A DNA stretch of 64,000 bases from Nanobdellota archaeon (lineage in GTDB: Archaea > Nanobdellota > Nanobdellia > Pacearchaeales > GW2011-AR1). The notes under the pieces are model-generated. The model saw only the letters and a program-made list of their open reading frames with translations. It did not search any database and had not been told where the DNA came from. The translations under genes were made by a program, and so were the position numbers. Shown here one piece after another: positions 10,340 to 19,393 of this stretch. The stretch spans positions 80,950-144,949 of the forward strand of contig JAJZAH010000002.1 in the NCBI GenBank assembly GCA_021799535.1. The letters are read 5' to 3'. How positions within the stretch are numbered: position 1 is the stretch's first letter; each line of letters opens with the position of its first letter.

Positions 10340-10429
10340 AATGTTTGAATAAATTGGCTGTTTATAATTATTTATATCTTGACGCGGCATATTCCAAAGC
10401 TTTTTAAATGAAATATTTCTCTAACCTTC

Positions 10430-11002
10430 ATGACGAAGGGAATGTATCATTACATAAGGGAGGCGTGGAAGAAGCCCGATGCTAAGACCCTTAGAGAAAG
10501 AATGACTGAATGGAGGAAGGAGGAGGTGTTCACGAAAGTTGATAAGCCGTTGAGGCTTGACCGTGCGAGGAGCTTGGGTTACAAGGACAAAAAAGGTTTT
10601 GTAATAATAAGAGTAAGAGTCAGAAGGGGGGGTCACAAAAGACCAAGACCGAATAAAGGAAGAAGATCGAAGAGACTTCATATAAATAAAAATCTCAAGA
10701 TGAGCTATAAGTGGATTGCGGAAGAGAGGGTTTCTAAAAAATTTCCCAACCTTGGTGTTTTGAACTCTTACAACATTGGAAAAGACGGAGTAAGCTATTT
10801 CTTTGAGGTTATATGCGTTGATCCTTCAAGGCCAGAGATAAAAAATGATAAAACTCTTAAATGGATGGTTGAATCGGGAAATAGGAACAGACCTGAAAGG
10901 GGACTCACTTCAGCAGGAAAAAGATCGAGGGGTCTTTGGAATAAGAACCCAACCATTAAAGTAAGGCCATCGGTAAGTGCAGGGATGGGAAGGGGGAAAT
11001 AA
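10430..11002 (+). CDS. rpl15e: 50S ribosomal protein L15e
   Basis: PLRLDRARSLGYK, RVRVRRGG, RGLTSAGKRSRGL. Confidence 0.97.
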   Translation: MTKGMYHYIREAWKKPDAKTLRERMTEWRKEEVFTKVDKPLRLDRARSLGYKDKKGFVIIRVRVRRGGHKRPRPNKGRRSKRLHINKNLKMSYKWIAEERVSKKFPNLGVLNSYNIGKDGVSYFFEVICVDPSRPEIKNDKTLKWMVESGNRNRPERGLTSAGKRSRGLWNKNPTIKVRPSVSAGMGRGK

Positions 11003-11011
11003 TCCCTTACC

Positions 11012-11782
11012 CTATTCACATTCCAAGATCATTGGCAGATGATCCGAGACTCTGACCTTTGGAACACTGAAATGTCTGGCCAGGATATCTTTTGATACAA
11101 GAGTATAATCTGCAAATTTATCCTGTTTTGAATAAGGATAAAGCCCGCTCCTCGTCGTTTTTACCCTTTTTTCCTTTATCAGGTTTATCATGCCTTTCTC
11201 GAGTATGTGCAGACTATCTGTTTCCGGATGAAGATTTAAGTCTCCCATAAGGATTTTTTTGCCTTTTTCTTTGTCAAGAAAGTTCTTCACTTTCATGGAC
11301 TGTCTTATCCTGTCTGGACTGTCTAATTTGTCTTTTCCGTTAAACAGGCCGTGAAAATGTGCTATAAGATATTTTTTTCCGTGATGAGATATGCGAGCGT
11401 ACTGAAGGTTCCTGGGCAAAGTTGCGGGATCATTTTTCACTCCGTCTCTTTTTCCGAATATAAAAAAATCTTTAATTTCTTTCACATTGATAATCTTTCT
11501 TATGAATAAAGCTATTCCCCATGTAATGTCAAAATCAGTATGACTCTTGAATCCGAAATTTTTTTGAATTGGTGCGAAATATCCTTTATGTTCCGGAAGA
11601 GTTTTTTGGATTTCTTTGAAGATGTTTGCCCTGTAAAATTTGTCAATTAATCTCCTCTTTGTACCGGTACTGAATACTTCCTGAAAGCAAAAAACATCTG
11701 TGTTTTTTGAGTATTTTGATATAAATTCTATCAAGGAGCGATATCTTCTGCCCCCCCAGATGTTTAATGAAATCACTCTCAT
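11012..11782 (-). CDS. Endonuclease/exonuclease/phosphatase (EEP) family protein
   Basis: SLNI, CFQEV, MGDLN, DY, SDHLP. Confidence 0.9.
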   Translation of the reverse strand: MRVISLNIWGGRRYRSLIEFISKYSKNTDVFCFQEVFSTGTKRRLIDKFYRANIFKEIQKTLPEHKGYFAPIQKNFGFKSHTDFDITWGIALFIRKIINVKEIKDFFIFGKRDGVKNDPATLPRNLQYARISHHGKKYLIAHFHGLFNGKDKLDSPDRIRQSMKVKNFLDKEKGKKILMGDLNLHPETDSLHILEKGMINLIKEKRVKTTRSGLYPYSKQDKFADYTLVSKDILARHFSVPKVRVSDHLPMILECE

Positions 11783-11827
11783 TGTATAAAAAAGAAAAGG
11801 GCCTTTTTATTTACTTCTGGTTCTTAA

Positions 11828-12187
11828 TCACTCAACAAGAATCCCGTTAATGTTTCCTTCCTGTGTTGGTCTGTTCGTAACTTTGACTTTTCCAATTTCA
11901 GTCTCCACAATTGTCCCTTTAGTTATAATGTTTTGTCTTGCGAGAAATCTGTTCGACGGAGTCTCGATGACGTTTTTTATCTCAAGCTTCTTTTTTTTGT
12001 CTTTTACTTGGACGTTTATTGTGTTTGCTCTTAACATGAACACTTTCTCATTCCCGCCTCTTGTCCTCACCTTCTTTCTTTTATCCGGTCCGAGCTTTAC
12101 AAGTCTTCTTTGCCCAGCTCTTTCGTATTTCTTTTTCTTCCTTATGCTAACATACTTTCCGCCTGTTGTTTTTTTCCCAGATCTCAT
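11828..12187 (-). CDS. rps8e: 30S ribosomal protein S8e
   Basis: TGGK..KKKYE, RTRGGNEK, RQNIITKGTI, VTNRPTQEGNING. Confidence 0.96.
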   Translation of the reverse strand: MRSGKKTTGGKYVSIRKKKKYERAGQRRLVKLGPDKRKKVRTRGGNEKVFMLRANTINVQVKDKKKKLEIKNVIETPSNRFLARQNIITKGTIVETEIGKVKVTNRPTQEGNINGILVE

Positions 12188-12282
12188 TTTCTTATATACT
12201 CTTTCCTGATTTTTTATTTATAAAGTTTCCTGTTGATGTTTTTCGTTTTTTTAATTGATTTTGGTGATGCAAGATAAAAAAA

Positions 12283-12290
12283 TTTATAAA
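12283..12290 (+). promoter_or_regulatory. Archaeal TATA box (TTTATAAA) with A-rich BRE region upstream of lsm; probably a leaderless mRNA
   Basis: Lies 29-22 nt upstream of the ATG at 12312; similar TTTATA/TTTAAA boxes precede many genes in the window. Confidence 0.55.
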
Positions 12291-12311
12291 CGAAGATGCA
12301 ACAAATAGAAT

Positions 12312-12557
12312 ATGGTTAACGGAATTGAAAGACCATTGGATTTGCTAAACACCTCCAAGGGTAAAGAAGTTTTGGTCCGATTGAAGGGCGACAAAGAGTT
12401 TGTAGGAACTCTTTTAGCTTTTGATATCCACATCAATCTGGTGATGGATAACGTGAAAGAGATGGAAAATGGGGTCCACAGAAAAAGTCTCGGATTGACT
12501 TTTTTGAGAGGAGACACTATCATCTACATTTCGCCTGCTTCAACCGCACTTAAGTAA
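12312..12557 (+). CDS. Sm/Lsm RNA-binding protein
   Basis: RPLDLL..GTLLAFDIHINLV..FLRGDTIIYISP. Confidence 0.94.
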   Translation: MVNGIERPLDLLNTSKGKEVLVRLKGDKEFVGTLLAFDIHINLVMDNVKEMENGVHRKSLGLTFLRGDTIIYISPASTALK

Positions 12558-12660
12558 TTGGCGTTCATCCTCGTATTTTTCGCCGGGGAAGAATTCTTGA
12601 TTATTTGCTTAGCTTCTGCTCCGGAAAAAGTATTTAAAACCGGCTTGCTTGTAGAAGTGC

Positions 12661-12852
12661 ATGGGTGAACTGATATCTAATTTTATGATTGATATGAGGC
12701 AGGTATTTTTTGTCTTGGGGATTTTGCTTTTCATTATATCTTATGTCAAAGATAGCCTTGATTTTTACGGTTATTACTTCATATTTGGGGTCATATCTGT
12801 AGTGGTTTCTTTTGTATGTTACATCCTTTACTTTAGCAAGAAACTTAACTAG
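12661..12852 (+). CDS. Small membrane protein
   Basis: 63 aa with two hydrophobic segments. Confidence 0.55.
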   Translation: MGELISNFMIDMRQVFFVLGILLFIISYVKDSLDFYGYYFIFGVISVVVSFVCYILYFSKKLN

Positions 12853-12888
12853 GCACAATTATTAAAACTCTTCTTTCCTGCTTAAGAA

Positions 12889-13794
12889 ATGGCAAGCGAG
12901 GTAAATGTTACTTTTTTGGGAACAGGCGATAATATTCCCAGTCGCACAAGGAACCATACTTCAATACTCCTTGGTTTCAATGAGGAGAATATCCTCTTTG
13001 ATTGTGGCGAGGGAACGCAAAGGCAATTCAGGAAAGCTGGACTGAACCCCTGCAAGATCACAAGAATACTTATAAGCCACTGGCATGGGGATCATGTTCT
13101 TGGTCTCCCCGGACTTTTGTCTACCTTTGCAGTAAGCGGATACAATAGGACACTTTTTATTTACGGGCCGAAAGGAACGAAAGATAAAATAAGAAAACTC
13201 TTGGAAGTCTTCAATTTTTATCTGAGCTATAGAATCGAAATTTTAGAAGTGGATTCAGGCGTGTTTTATAAAGGCAAAAATTTTCACCTTGAGGCTGAGA
13301 GAATGGAGCATGGGATCCCATGCCTTGCTTATTCTTTTGTTTTGCCTGGAAGCGCAAGGATTGACAAGGAGAAACTCAAAAAGTCAGGACTGCCAGAAGG
13401 TCCGATGTTGCAGAAAATAAAAGCTGGGGAAGATGTGGCTTATAACGGGAGAAAGTTCAGGTCCAAAGATTTGGTTTACAGGGAAGAGGACAAAAAGATT
13501 TCTGTAGTTCTTGACACGAAAGAGAATCCGAGAATAACCCCGTTTGTTAAAAATTCTGATGTCTTTATCTCAGAAGCTACATACTCAGGAGAGCTTGAAA
13601 AGGAAGCCGAGGAGCATCTTCACATGACCGTTTCTCAGGTCGCGCGTATTGCAAAGAAAGCCAAGGTAAAAAAGCTTGTCCTAACACATGTCAGTTCGAG
13701 ATATTCTAAGAACATGAGGCAGATTCTTGATGAAGCTAAAGAGACTTTCAAAGAGAGTTATCTTGTGAAGGATCTTGAAGAGATGAAGATTTAA
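12889..13794 (+). CDS. rnz: Ribonuclease Z
   Basis: FLGTG, FDCGEGTQRQ, SHWHGDHVLG, LTHVSSRY, exosite region. Confidence 0.95.
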   Translation: MASEVNVTFLGTGDNIPSRTRNHTSILLGFNEENILFDCGEGTQRQFRKAGLNPCKITRILISHWHGDHVLGLPGLLSTFAVSGYNRTLFIYGPKGTKDKIRKLLEVFNFYLSYRIEILEVDSGVFYKGKNFHLEAERMEHGIPCLAYSFVLPGSARIDKEKLKKSGLPEGPMLQKIKAGEDVAYNGRKFRSKDLVYREEDKKISVVLDTKENPRITPFVKNSDVFISEATYSGELEKEAEEHLHMTVSQVARIAKKAKVKKLVLTHVSSRYSKNMRQILDEAKETFKESYLVKDLEEMKI

Positions 13795-13916
13795 CTAGAT
13801 TCAATGCTTTTTGCCAATTTTTCTACGAGTATTTTAATCTCATCCCTGCATTGTCGATGAAACTCCAATGACCTGCCTTTAGGGTTCTCGATGTCCCAGA
13901 GAATCACTTGTTCTTT
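13791..13916 (-). pseudogene. C-terminal fragment of an LMW phosphatase/ArsC-like protein
   Basis: Manual translation KEQVILWDIENPKGRSLEFHRQCRDEIKILVEKL..*; the N-terminal CX5R part is absent. Confidence 0.6.
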
Positions 13917-14128
13917 TTTTTAATTTTCAAAAACCTTACTTTATCGTTATAAGGATCTAATGACTGAAAAGATTCGCTTGTCTTGTTTGCGATTTCTGGA
14001 GGGACAAAAATGCTATCCGTATCCATATAAGAATGGGAATAACTTTTTGATTCTACAAATTTCTCAGCCATAGCCAAGAGCAATCTTGCCCCAGCGGTTA
14101 TGCAAATAGAAACTATTGGGTTAATCTT
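13904..14128 (-). pseudogene. Internal fragment of a family B DNA polymerase (mobile-element type)
   Basis: Manual translation NPIVSICITAGARLLLAMAE..SYMDTDSIFVPPEIA..FQSLDPY, containing the YxDTDS catalytic motif; rest of the gene absent. Confidence 0.75.
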
Positions 14129-14484
14129 TGATACTCTTTAACTGCACGATTTTTTTCTTTGTTCTGTTTAATTTTCTCAACGAGCTCTTCAACGGGATGG
14201 TATTTTGTTATTCTAACTTGAATATAAACAAAAAATAACAATGAAAGGAAAACCATAAGGATTAACAATACAAGGACTATCCAATTAGGATAATTTTTTG
14301 TGAATATGAATGTATTTAATCCCAAGAGCAAAAAACTAGTTGTAATAAGATCAATTGTAAGAAAAAAAGATAGTAACATATCTTTTTTTAGTTCAGGTTT
14401 CTGTTCACTTTTCTTGGACCAAACAAGGTCTTCAATCCCCACCATATAATTAATTATTTTGAAGGGATATTTAATTCTATCCAA
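14113..14484 (-). CDS. Hypothetical membrane protein (very AT-rich)
   Basis: Two TM segments; start uncertain (ATG near 14445 possible). Confidence 0.6.
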   Translation of the reverse strand: MDRIKYPFKIINYMVGIEDLVWSKKSEQKPELKKDMLLSFFLTIDLITTSFLLLGLNTFIFTKNYPNWIVLVLLILMVFLSLLFFVYIQVRITKYHPVEELVEKIKQNKEKNRAVKEYQRLTQ

Positions 14485-14525
14485 GCGTTGCCTTTTTTGG
14501 AGATGTAATATACCCGTTCCGCGTA

Positions 14526-14605
14526 CGCCCTGACCAGGAATCGAACCTGGAAGTCCATAGGACCGCGGTCTCGAGCCGCGCGCAGTACCATTGTGCCATC
14601 AGGGC
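14526..14605 (-). tRNA. tRNA-Ser(CGA)
   Basis: GCCCTGA/TCAGGGC acceptor stem; CGCGG-CT-CGA-GA-CCGCG; variable arm GTCC-TAT-GGAC; TTCGATT loop. Confidence 0.93.
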
Positions 14606-14627
14606 CTGTTGTTAAGAATAAATAAAA

Positions 14628-14702
14628 CGCCCGGGACAGGATTTGAACCTGCGACTTCCAGCTTAGAAGGCTGGCACTCTATCCAGGCTGAGTTACCCAG
14701 GC
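14628..14702 (-). tRNA. tRNA-Arg(TCT)
   Basis: GCCTGGG/CCCGGGC; CCAGC-CT-TCT-AA-GCTGG; GCAGG-TTCAAAT-CCTGT. Confidence 0.95.
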
Positions 14703-14817
14703 ATGAATATACTTAATGAGTTTCGTTTAAAAGTTTTTAGTTTCAATAATATGCGGGCAATTTCATATGAATCTCAAATAAGTAAGTTATTTAAACGATA
14801 TTTGTTTTAATTTTGCT

Positions 14818-15612
14818 ATGGGGAAGGTGATAGGAATTCTTAGCTTAAAAGGAGGCGTAGGGAAAACTACAAGTGCTGTTTCGCTTGGCGCTGCTCTTGC
14901 GTCCTTTGGGAAAAAAGTGCTCTTAGTTGATGCCAATTTTTCGGCTCCGAACCTTGGGATACATCTCAACATACTTAACCCAGAGAAGACAATACATCGT
15001 GTATTAACTGATGAAATCAAGATAGAAGATGCAATCCATGAATTTGGGGGGTTTGATATAATCCCCGCGTCGGTTTATCCAAAAAAATCATTTGATCCTC
15101 TGAAACTAAAGGATAAGTTAAAAAAGCTTAGAGACAAATATGACTTTATAATAATTGACTCATCTCCTTCGCTGAATAATGAGACTCTTGCAGCTATGGT
15201 TTCTTCAGATGAACTTTTTGTGGTCTCGACCCCTGATTTTTCGACTCTGACTATGACGCTTAAGGCGATAGCGCTTGCCAAAAAGAGGGGGACTCCAATC
15301 TCAGGTATTATAATAAACAAGGCTTATGGAAAAAATTTTGAACTTAGTCTTGAAAATATAGAAAGGACGAGCGAGGTTCCTGTTTTGGCAGTTGTTCCCC
15401 ATGATGTTAATATCCTTAAATCTCAGGCACATTTCATGCCTTCTACTTACTTCAGGCCTAATTCGGACGCAAGCTTTGAATACAAAAAACTTGCAGCATG
15501 CCTCACTGGTGAAAAATATACCCCTCTTAGATGGAGAGAAATATTCCATAATATTTCCCCTAAAAGACAGGACATAAACCGTGAACTTTTTTATAGCAAG
15601 GTTTTTAGGTGA
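14818..15612 (+). CDS. Second MinD/ParA family ATPase
   Basis: LKGGVGKTT, VDANFSAPNL, IDSSP. Confidence 0.88.
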   Translation: MGKVIGILSLKGGVGKTTSAVSLGAALASFGKKVLLVDANFSAPNLGIHLNILNPEKTIHRVLTDEIKIEDAIHEFGGFDIIPASVYPKKSFDPLKLKDKLKKLRDKYDFIIIDSSPSLNNETLAAMVSSDELFVVSTPDFSTLTMTLKAIALAKKRGTPISGIIINKAYGKNFELSLENIERTSEVPVLAVVPHDVNILKSQAHFMPSTYFRPNSDASFEYKKLAACLTGEKYTPLRWREIFHNISPKRQDINRELFYSKVFR

Positions 15613-15616
15613 GCTT

Positions 15617-16159
15617 CTAAATTCTTATCGGGTTCAGTTCCGGTGAGAAATCTGGGAATAAATTTTCTATGCTCTGTGTTAGTCTATAAACCGAAAACTT
15701 TGGCTTTGGAATTGCAAGATTTTTGAAATCAATCAAATACAATCTTGTATCTGGGCCGGTTTCCTCCTCGTATGGGAGTCTTTTCACAACCATTCCATTG
15801 CTTACTCTTAGAAAATGTAGTCTGTATTGGCCAGTCCCGTTAATTTGATCTAAGGTAAATCCTCCAGATTGGCGATTCAACGTAGTAGGCCTTACAAATG
15901 CTTCAATTTCCCCAGTTTTATCTTTTAATTTTATTGGAAATGGTAATGGATTATTTTTATATTTTCCAGAGTTGTCCAGCCAATATGCCTCCGGGAAAAT
16001 AAGCAGTTTTTCTATCTCAATGTCCTCTCTATTAGTAAGAAAATCTTGAATATTTAAGAAAGCATAATCTGCTGGCAATTCAGTTAATCCATTCTTTATC
16101 TTGAATCTTTCCCATCCTCTTTTGGCATTTTGAATGGAATATTCCTTTACATCTAGCAT
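15617..16159 (-). CDS. Hypothetical protein
   Basis: 180-aa ORF; no motif recognised. Confidence 0.65.
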   Translation of the reverse strand: MLDVKEYSIQNAKRGWERFKIKNGLTELPADYAFLNIQDFLTNREDIEIEKLLIFPEAYWLDNSGKYKNNPLPFPIKLKDKTGEIEAFVRPTTLNRQSGGFTLDQINGTGQYRLHFLRVSNGMVVKRLPYEEETGPDTRLYLIDFKNLAIPKPKFSVYRLTQSIENLFPDFSPELNPIRI

Positions 16160-16347
16160 GATTTAAAAAAGCGGCACGATCTTATAAGCTTTTCTAAAGT
16201 AGTAATTATTTAATAACAACATTTTATGCCTTTTTGTTTTTTCTCTTCTTTTTTGTCTTGAAAATGTGGTTTTGTTAACAAAAAAATTTAAGGATTTAAC
16301 AAAACCTAATATTCCTTTTGAGGGTGGCCTTTGCGGTTTTTGTTATT

Positions 16348-16590
16348 TCATTCAATATATTGCATATCAACGAGGGCTGTATTGTTCTCTCCATCTGCCA
16401 TTATGTTTGGCAGTAAAACCAAAGCCTTTTTCCCAGTCACCTCCAAAATCTCAACTTCCAATTTGCTTGATCCGACTAGCGAGCATCCTTTTACCGGAAG
16501 GATGTGCCTCTCCACAAGCAAATTCTTGAAAAAAACTTTTTGCCTAAGGCAATTAAGTAATGCTTTTTTCATAACCTGTAGATCTCGCAA
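16348..16590 (-). CDS. Possible small hypothetical protein
   Basis: Most protein-like ORF in an otherwise AT-rich gap; start uncertain. Confidence 0.35.
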   Translation of the reverse strand: MRDLQVMKKALLNCLRQKVFFKNLLVERHILPVKGCSLVGSSKLEVEILEVTGKKALVLLPNIMADGENNTALVDMQYIE

Positions 16591-16828
16591 TCTTTTATAT
16601 TAATTCATCAAAATTTTTCAGTGAAGGCTCTAAGTTAGGATTATTTAGTTAAACTTAGTGTGATTAATCTAAAGTAAAACGGATATCGGGTTTTTATGAA
16701 TGAAAAGTTCGCCAAATCCTTCTTAAATTTTTTTTCAGTTAATGACTTATAAAAGAGACCCTTGGGATTTTGCAAGTAAGAGTTTTATCAAAACTCTTAT
16801 AAATTGTTTTTCAGTTAGTTTTTTGTAA

Positions 16829-16901
16829 AGCCCCCTAGTACAGTGGTCAAGTATGTAAGCCTTTGGAGCTTAAGACCCAGGTTCGAATCCTGGGGGGGCT
16901 A
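16829..16901 (+). tRNA. tRNA-Gln(TTG)
   Basis: AGCCCCC/GGGGGCT; TAAGC-CT-TTG-GA-GCTTA; CCAGG-TTCGAAT-CCTGG. Confidence 0.95.
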
Positions 16902-17873
16902 TTCTTTAAATGGATAATAATTCAATGCTTCGTAGAATTTGTGGTATATTATTGAGTCATACGAGATTATCTCGGGAAAGTTTTTTCTTATCTCTGACAT
17001 GAGATTGTAGAACTCATCAACGTCTTTTATTATGCACCTGAACTCGAGATCACAGAAACCTATTGTCTTTGTGACCGAAATCACGGGATCGAGATTTTTG
17101 AGGAGTCTTGTCAGTTCTTTCTCTTTCTCTTCAGTCAGATTCTCCATCTGTAAAAAGACTCGGTAATGGAGATACCCTAGGATAGGATAGTTTATCATTA
17201 CCCTGTAACCTAAGATTATTTTCTCTTTCTCAAGAATTTTTATCCTATTTTTCACCGCGTTTGGAGTCAATTCTGTCGCTTCAGATATATCAAGAAGGCT
17301 TTTCCTCGCATCTGAAGAAAGGATTTCTAATATTTTCTTGTCTGTCTTGTCAAGTTTCAAGATTTTCGGCTCGCCTTCCATTACGATTTCGTCTTCAGGT
17401 TTTTCTTTAGAGAATAATTTGGGTTTGAAATAATGGAATCTTGTTTCTATCATTATCACTCTCTTTCTCACGTATTTTGCGTAGCTTTTCATTATGTCAC
17501 GATATTTGGCTTCAAATGACAACACGCTTTCTGCCCATATTCCTGTGCAATGGTCGAATTCCCCATTTATCCCGACGTTTACGCCTACACTTTCGTGTTC
17601 TGAAAGATGTTTTATGAATTGTTTGGATTTCTCCTCGGGCATATTTCCGAATTTCAAATAAACAAGATAAATATTATATCCTATTTTTGACGCGTTGATG
17701 TCAGCGTAGAAGCCTTCTATAACTTTCTCTTTTTGGAGTTTCTCGAGGTGATATTTCAAGACCTGCATAGATTTTCCTGCCTTCTTCGAGAGCAGACTAA
17801 GGGGCATTCTTGAATGAAAATCCAAGTTGAATAATATCTTCTTATCAGTCTCATCAAGCGTGATTTCTTCCAC
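16899..17873 (-). CDS. Double-domain Lrp/AsnC family regulator
   Basis: Two HTH+RAM repeats (DKKILFNLDFHSR; DKKILEILSSDAR..RIKILEKEKIILGY). Confidence 0.88.
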   Translation of the reverse strand: MEEITLDETDKKILFNLDFHSRMPLSLLSKKAGKSMQVLKYHLEKLQKEKVIEGFYADINASKIGYNIYLVYLKFGNMPEEKSKQFIKHLSEHESVGVNVGINGEFDHCTGIWAESVLSFEAKYRDIMKSYAKYVRKRVIMIETRFHYFKPKLFSKEKPEDEIVMEGEPKILKLDKTDKKILEILSSDARKSLLDISEATELTPNAVKNRIKILEKEKIILGYRVMINYPILGYLHYRVFLQMENLTEEKEKELTRLLKNLDPVISVTKTIGFCDLEFRCIIKDVDEFYNLMSEIRKNFPEIISYDSIIYHKFYEALNYYPFKE

Positions 17874-18055
17874 TATTAATTAATGAAATAATTATATATA
17901 AATATTGCGTTTTTTAAAAAATATTAAAGAAAAAACTTAAGTATAATGTTAGTATTACTTCAGCATGACAAAAGAAAACGGTTCAAACAGGAATTTGAAA
18001 GGAGACTGTCTAACTAGCCGGGCTTTCAATGAAGTGCCCGCTGGAAGAATTGAGA

Positions 18056-18064
18056 AGGAGGTGA
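18056..18064 (+). promoter_or_regulatory. Strong Shine-Dalgarno (AGGAGGTGA) before ORF 18072
   Basis: Consensus SD 7 nt upstream of the ATG. Confidence 0.6.
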
Positions 18065-18071
18065 AAGAAAA

Positions 18072-18404
18072 ATGAAAGAGGAAAAAACTCGAAAGTTGGA
18101 AAAATTGGAGCTCTGGTATGAAATATGTAACAAAAATGGACTTAATTTATATGCAAGGTACGGGAGTAATGATTTTTTGTCCTTTGAGAGATATGTGCCT
18201 TACAATGGAAACGTAGAAGAATCACTTTCTCAGGCCGTTTATAATCTGTATAAGTGGGATGGGGATGATTTAGGATTCGACTTCCATTTAAGTGCCCATG
18301 AAATGGGGGCGCAAAGAACGTTAGAATCGCATTGTTATCCAGCTGACCAAAAGATTGAATTTAAAGATGGAAAATCGTTTTCATTTAAGGAGAAGAAAAA
18401 ATGA
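18072..18404 (+). CDS. Hypothetical protein (orphan)
   Basis: ORF with SD; ATGA overlap with the next gene. Confidence 0.7.
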   Translation: MKEEKTRKLEKLELWYEICNKNGLNLYARYGSNDFLSFERYVPYNGNVEESLSQAVYNLYKWDGDDLGFDFHLSAHEMGAQRTLESHCYPADQKIEFKDGKSFSFKEKKK

Positions 18405-19285
18405 CAGAAAAAAATGTTTTCATGAACCTAGAGGAGCTCGGGAAGTATCATTCGGTAATTAATTTAGAAGGTCGGGAAATAACTGATAGCAGAGTTGCAA
18501 AGGCGTATAATGGAATGGGTCTTTACAGGATCCCTGACAGCGCAAGAAAAGTTATTGGATTCAAGAGGAATTCTGCTACAATTGAACAGGTTCTGGGTGT
18601 AGAACTTCACCCTTCAAGGTTTGAGGGACAGAAATACTTCGTGAGAATAAATCCTTTTGTAAGGTATAATCATTATTTTCCAATTGACTTTGGCAGGAGT
18701 AGCGATGAAGTGCATACAGATTTGGAGATTTTAATCTCAGGGGGTGTTACGAATTATTTGCGTGTTTCGGATGTTGCTAATCTTGTCGAGTTGGATGGAA
18801 AACCTTATGCAGTCGGCTTCACACGTCAATATGGTCTTGATATAACCAATGCATTTTACTCAGTTGTTTCAGATGCAGTTGATAATAGGAAGAATATCGA
18901 AATGGACTTCTCACCTTCAATGTTGCAGGATATTGCAGAGTGTTTTCATGATGCAAAAAAGAGATTTGTAACTGATTACTATGAGAATGCTTTTGATCTT
19001 GGACACGAGGTAATGAACAATTACACCAAGTCCCATATAAACGATGCTTTGAAGTTCGTTAAAAAGGCCATCTCAGGAAGGCATTTTGTTGGTGATCCTT
19101 TTAAGGATTATCTCTTGGGAATAGAGAAGTTCGAAAATGATGGGATGAAGGACTTTGTGGCAGTTTTGATTCCCGCTTCAAAAGAGATGGTTGAAGATTA
19201 TGCTAAAAATCGTTTAGTTGATTACTCAAAAGCTCACAAAGAGCATGACAGAATGATAGAGAAAATTCCGGATGGCCCTTTGTAA
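18401..19285 (+). CDS. Hypothetical protein (orphan)
   Basis: 294-aa ORF, translationally coupled to the upstream gene. Confidence 0.75.
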   Translation: MTEKNVFMNLEELGKYHSVINLEGREITDSRVAKAYNGMGLYRIPDSARKVIGFKRNSATIEQVLGVELHPSRFEGQKYFVRINPFVRYNHYFPIDFGRSSDEVHTDLEILISGGVTNYLRVSDVANLVELDGKPYAVGFTRQYGLDITNAFYSVVSDAVDNRKNIEMDFSPSMLQDIAECFHDAKKRFVTDYYENAFDLGHEVMNNYTKSHINDALKFVKKAISGRHFVGDPFKDYLLGIEKFENDGMKDFVAVLIPASKEMVEDYAKNRLVDYSKAHKEHDRMIEKIPDGPL

Positions 19286-19393
19286 TCAAGGATCCAAGCA
19301 ATCTCTCTTGAAGCCGCAGTTGGGGCAGATTATCTTACATTTCATTTTCCCTGTTTCACATTCGCAGATTATGCAACGGTCGGATTCCGTTGT
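19286..19393 (-). CDS. Small Cys-rich zinc-finger peptide directly after the Bud32 stop
   Basis: TTESDRCIICECETGKMKCKIICPNCGFKRDCLDP*; no ATG before the first CxxC. Confidence 0.5.
   Translation of the reverse strand, partial: TTESDRCIICECETGKMKCKIICPNCGFKRDCLDP

Noticed and set aside
13791..14605. Intact integrative element with attL/attR at tRNA-Ser
   Set aside because: No integrase and no duplicated tRNA 3' end was seen; only fragments remain
6877..15612. MinD/ParA genes as evidence of a plasmid or prophage
   Set aside because: They are embedded among core genes, multiple MinD paralogs are ordinary in archaea, and no parB or rep gene was seen
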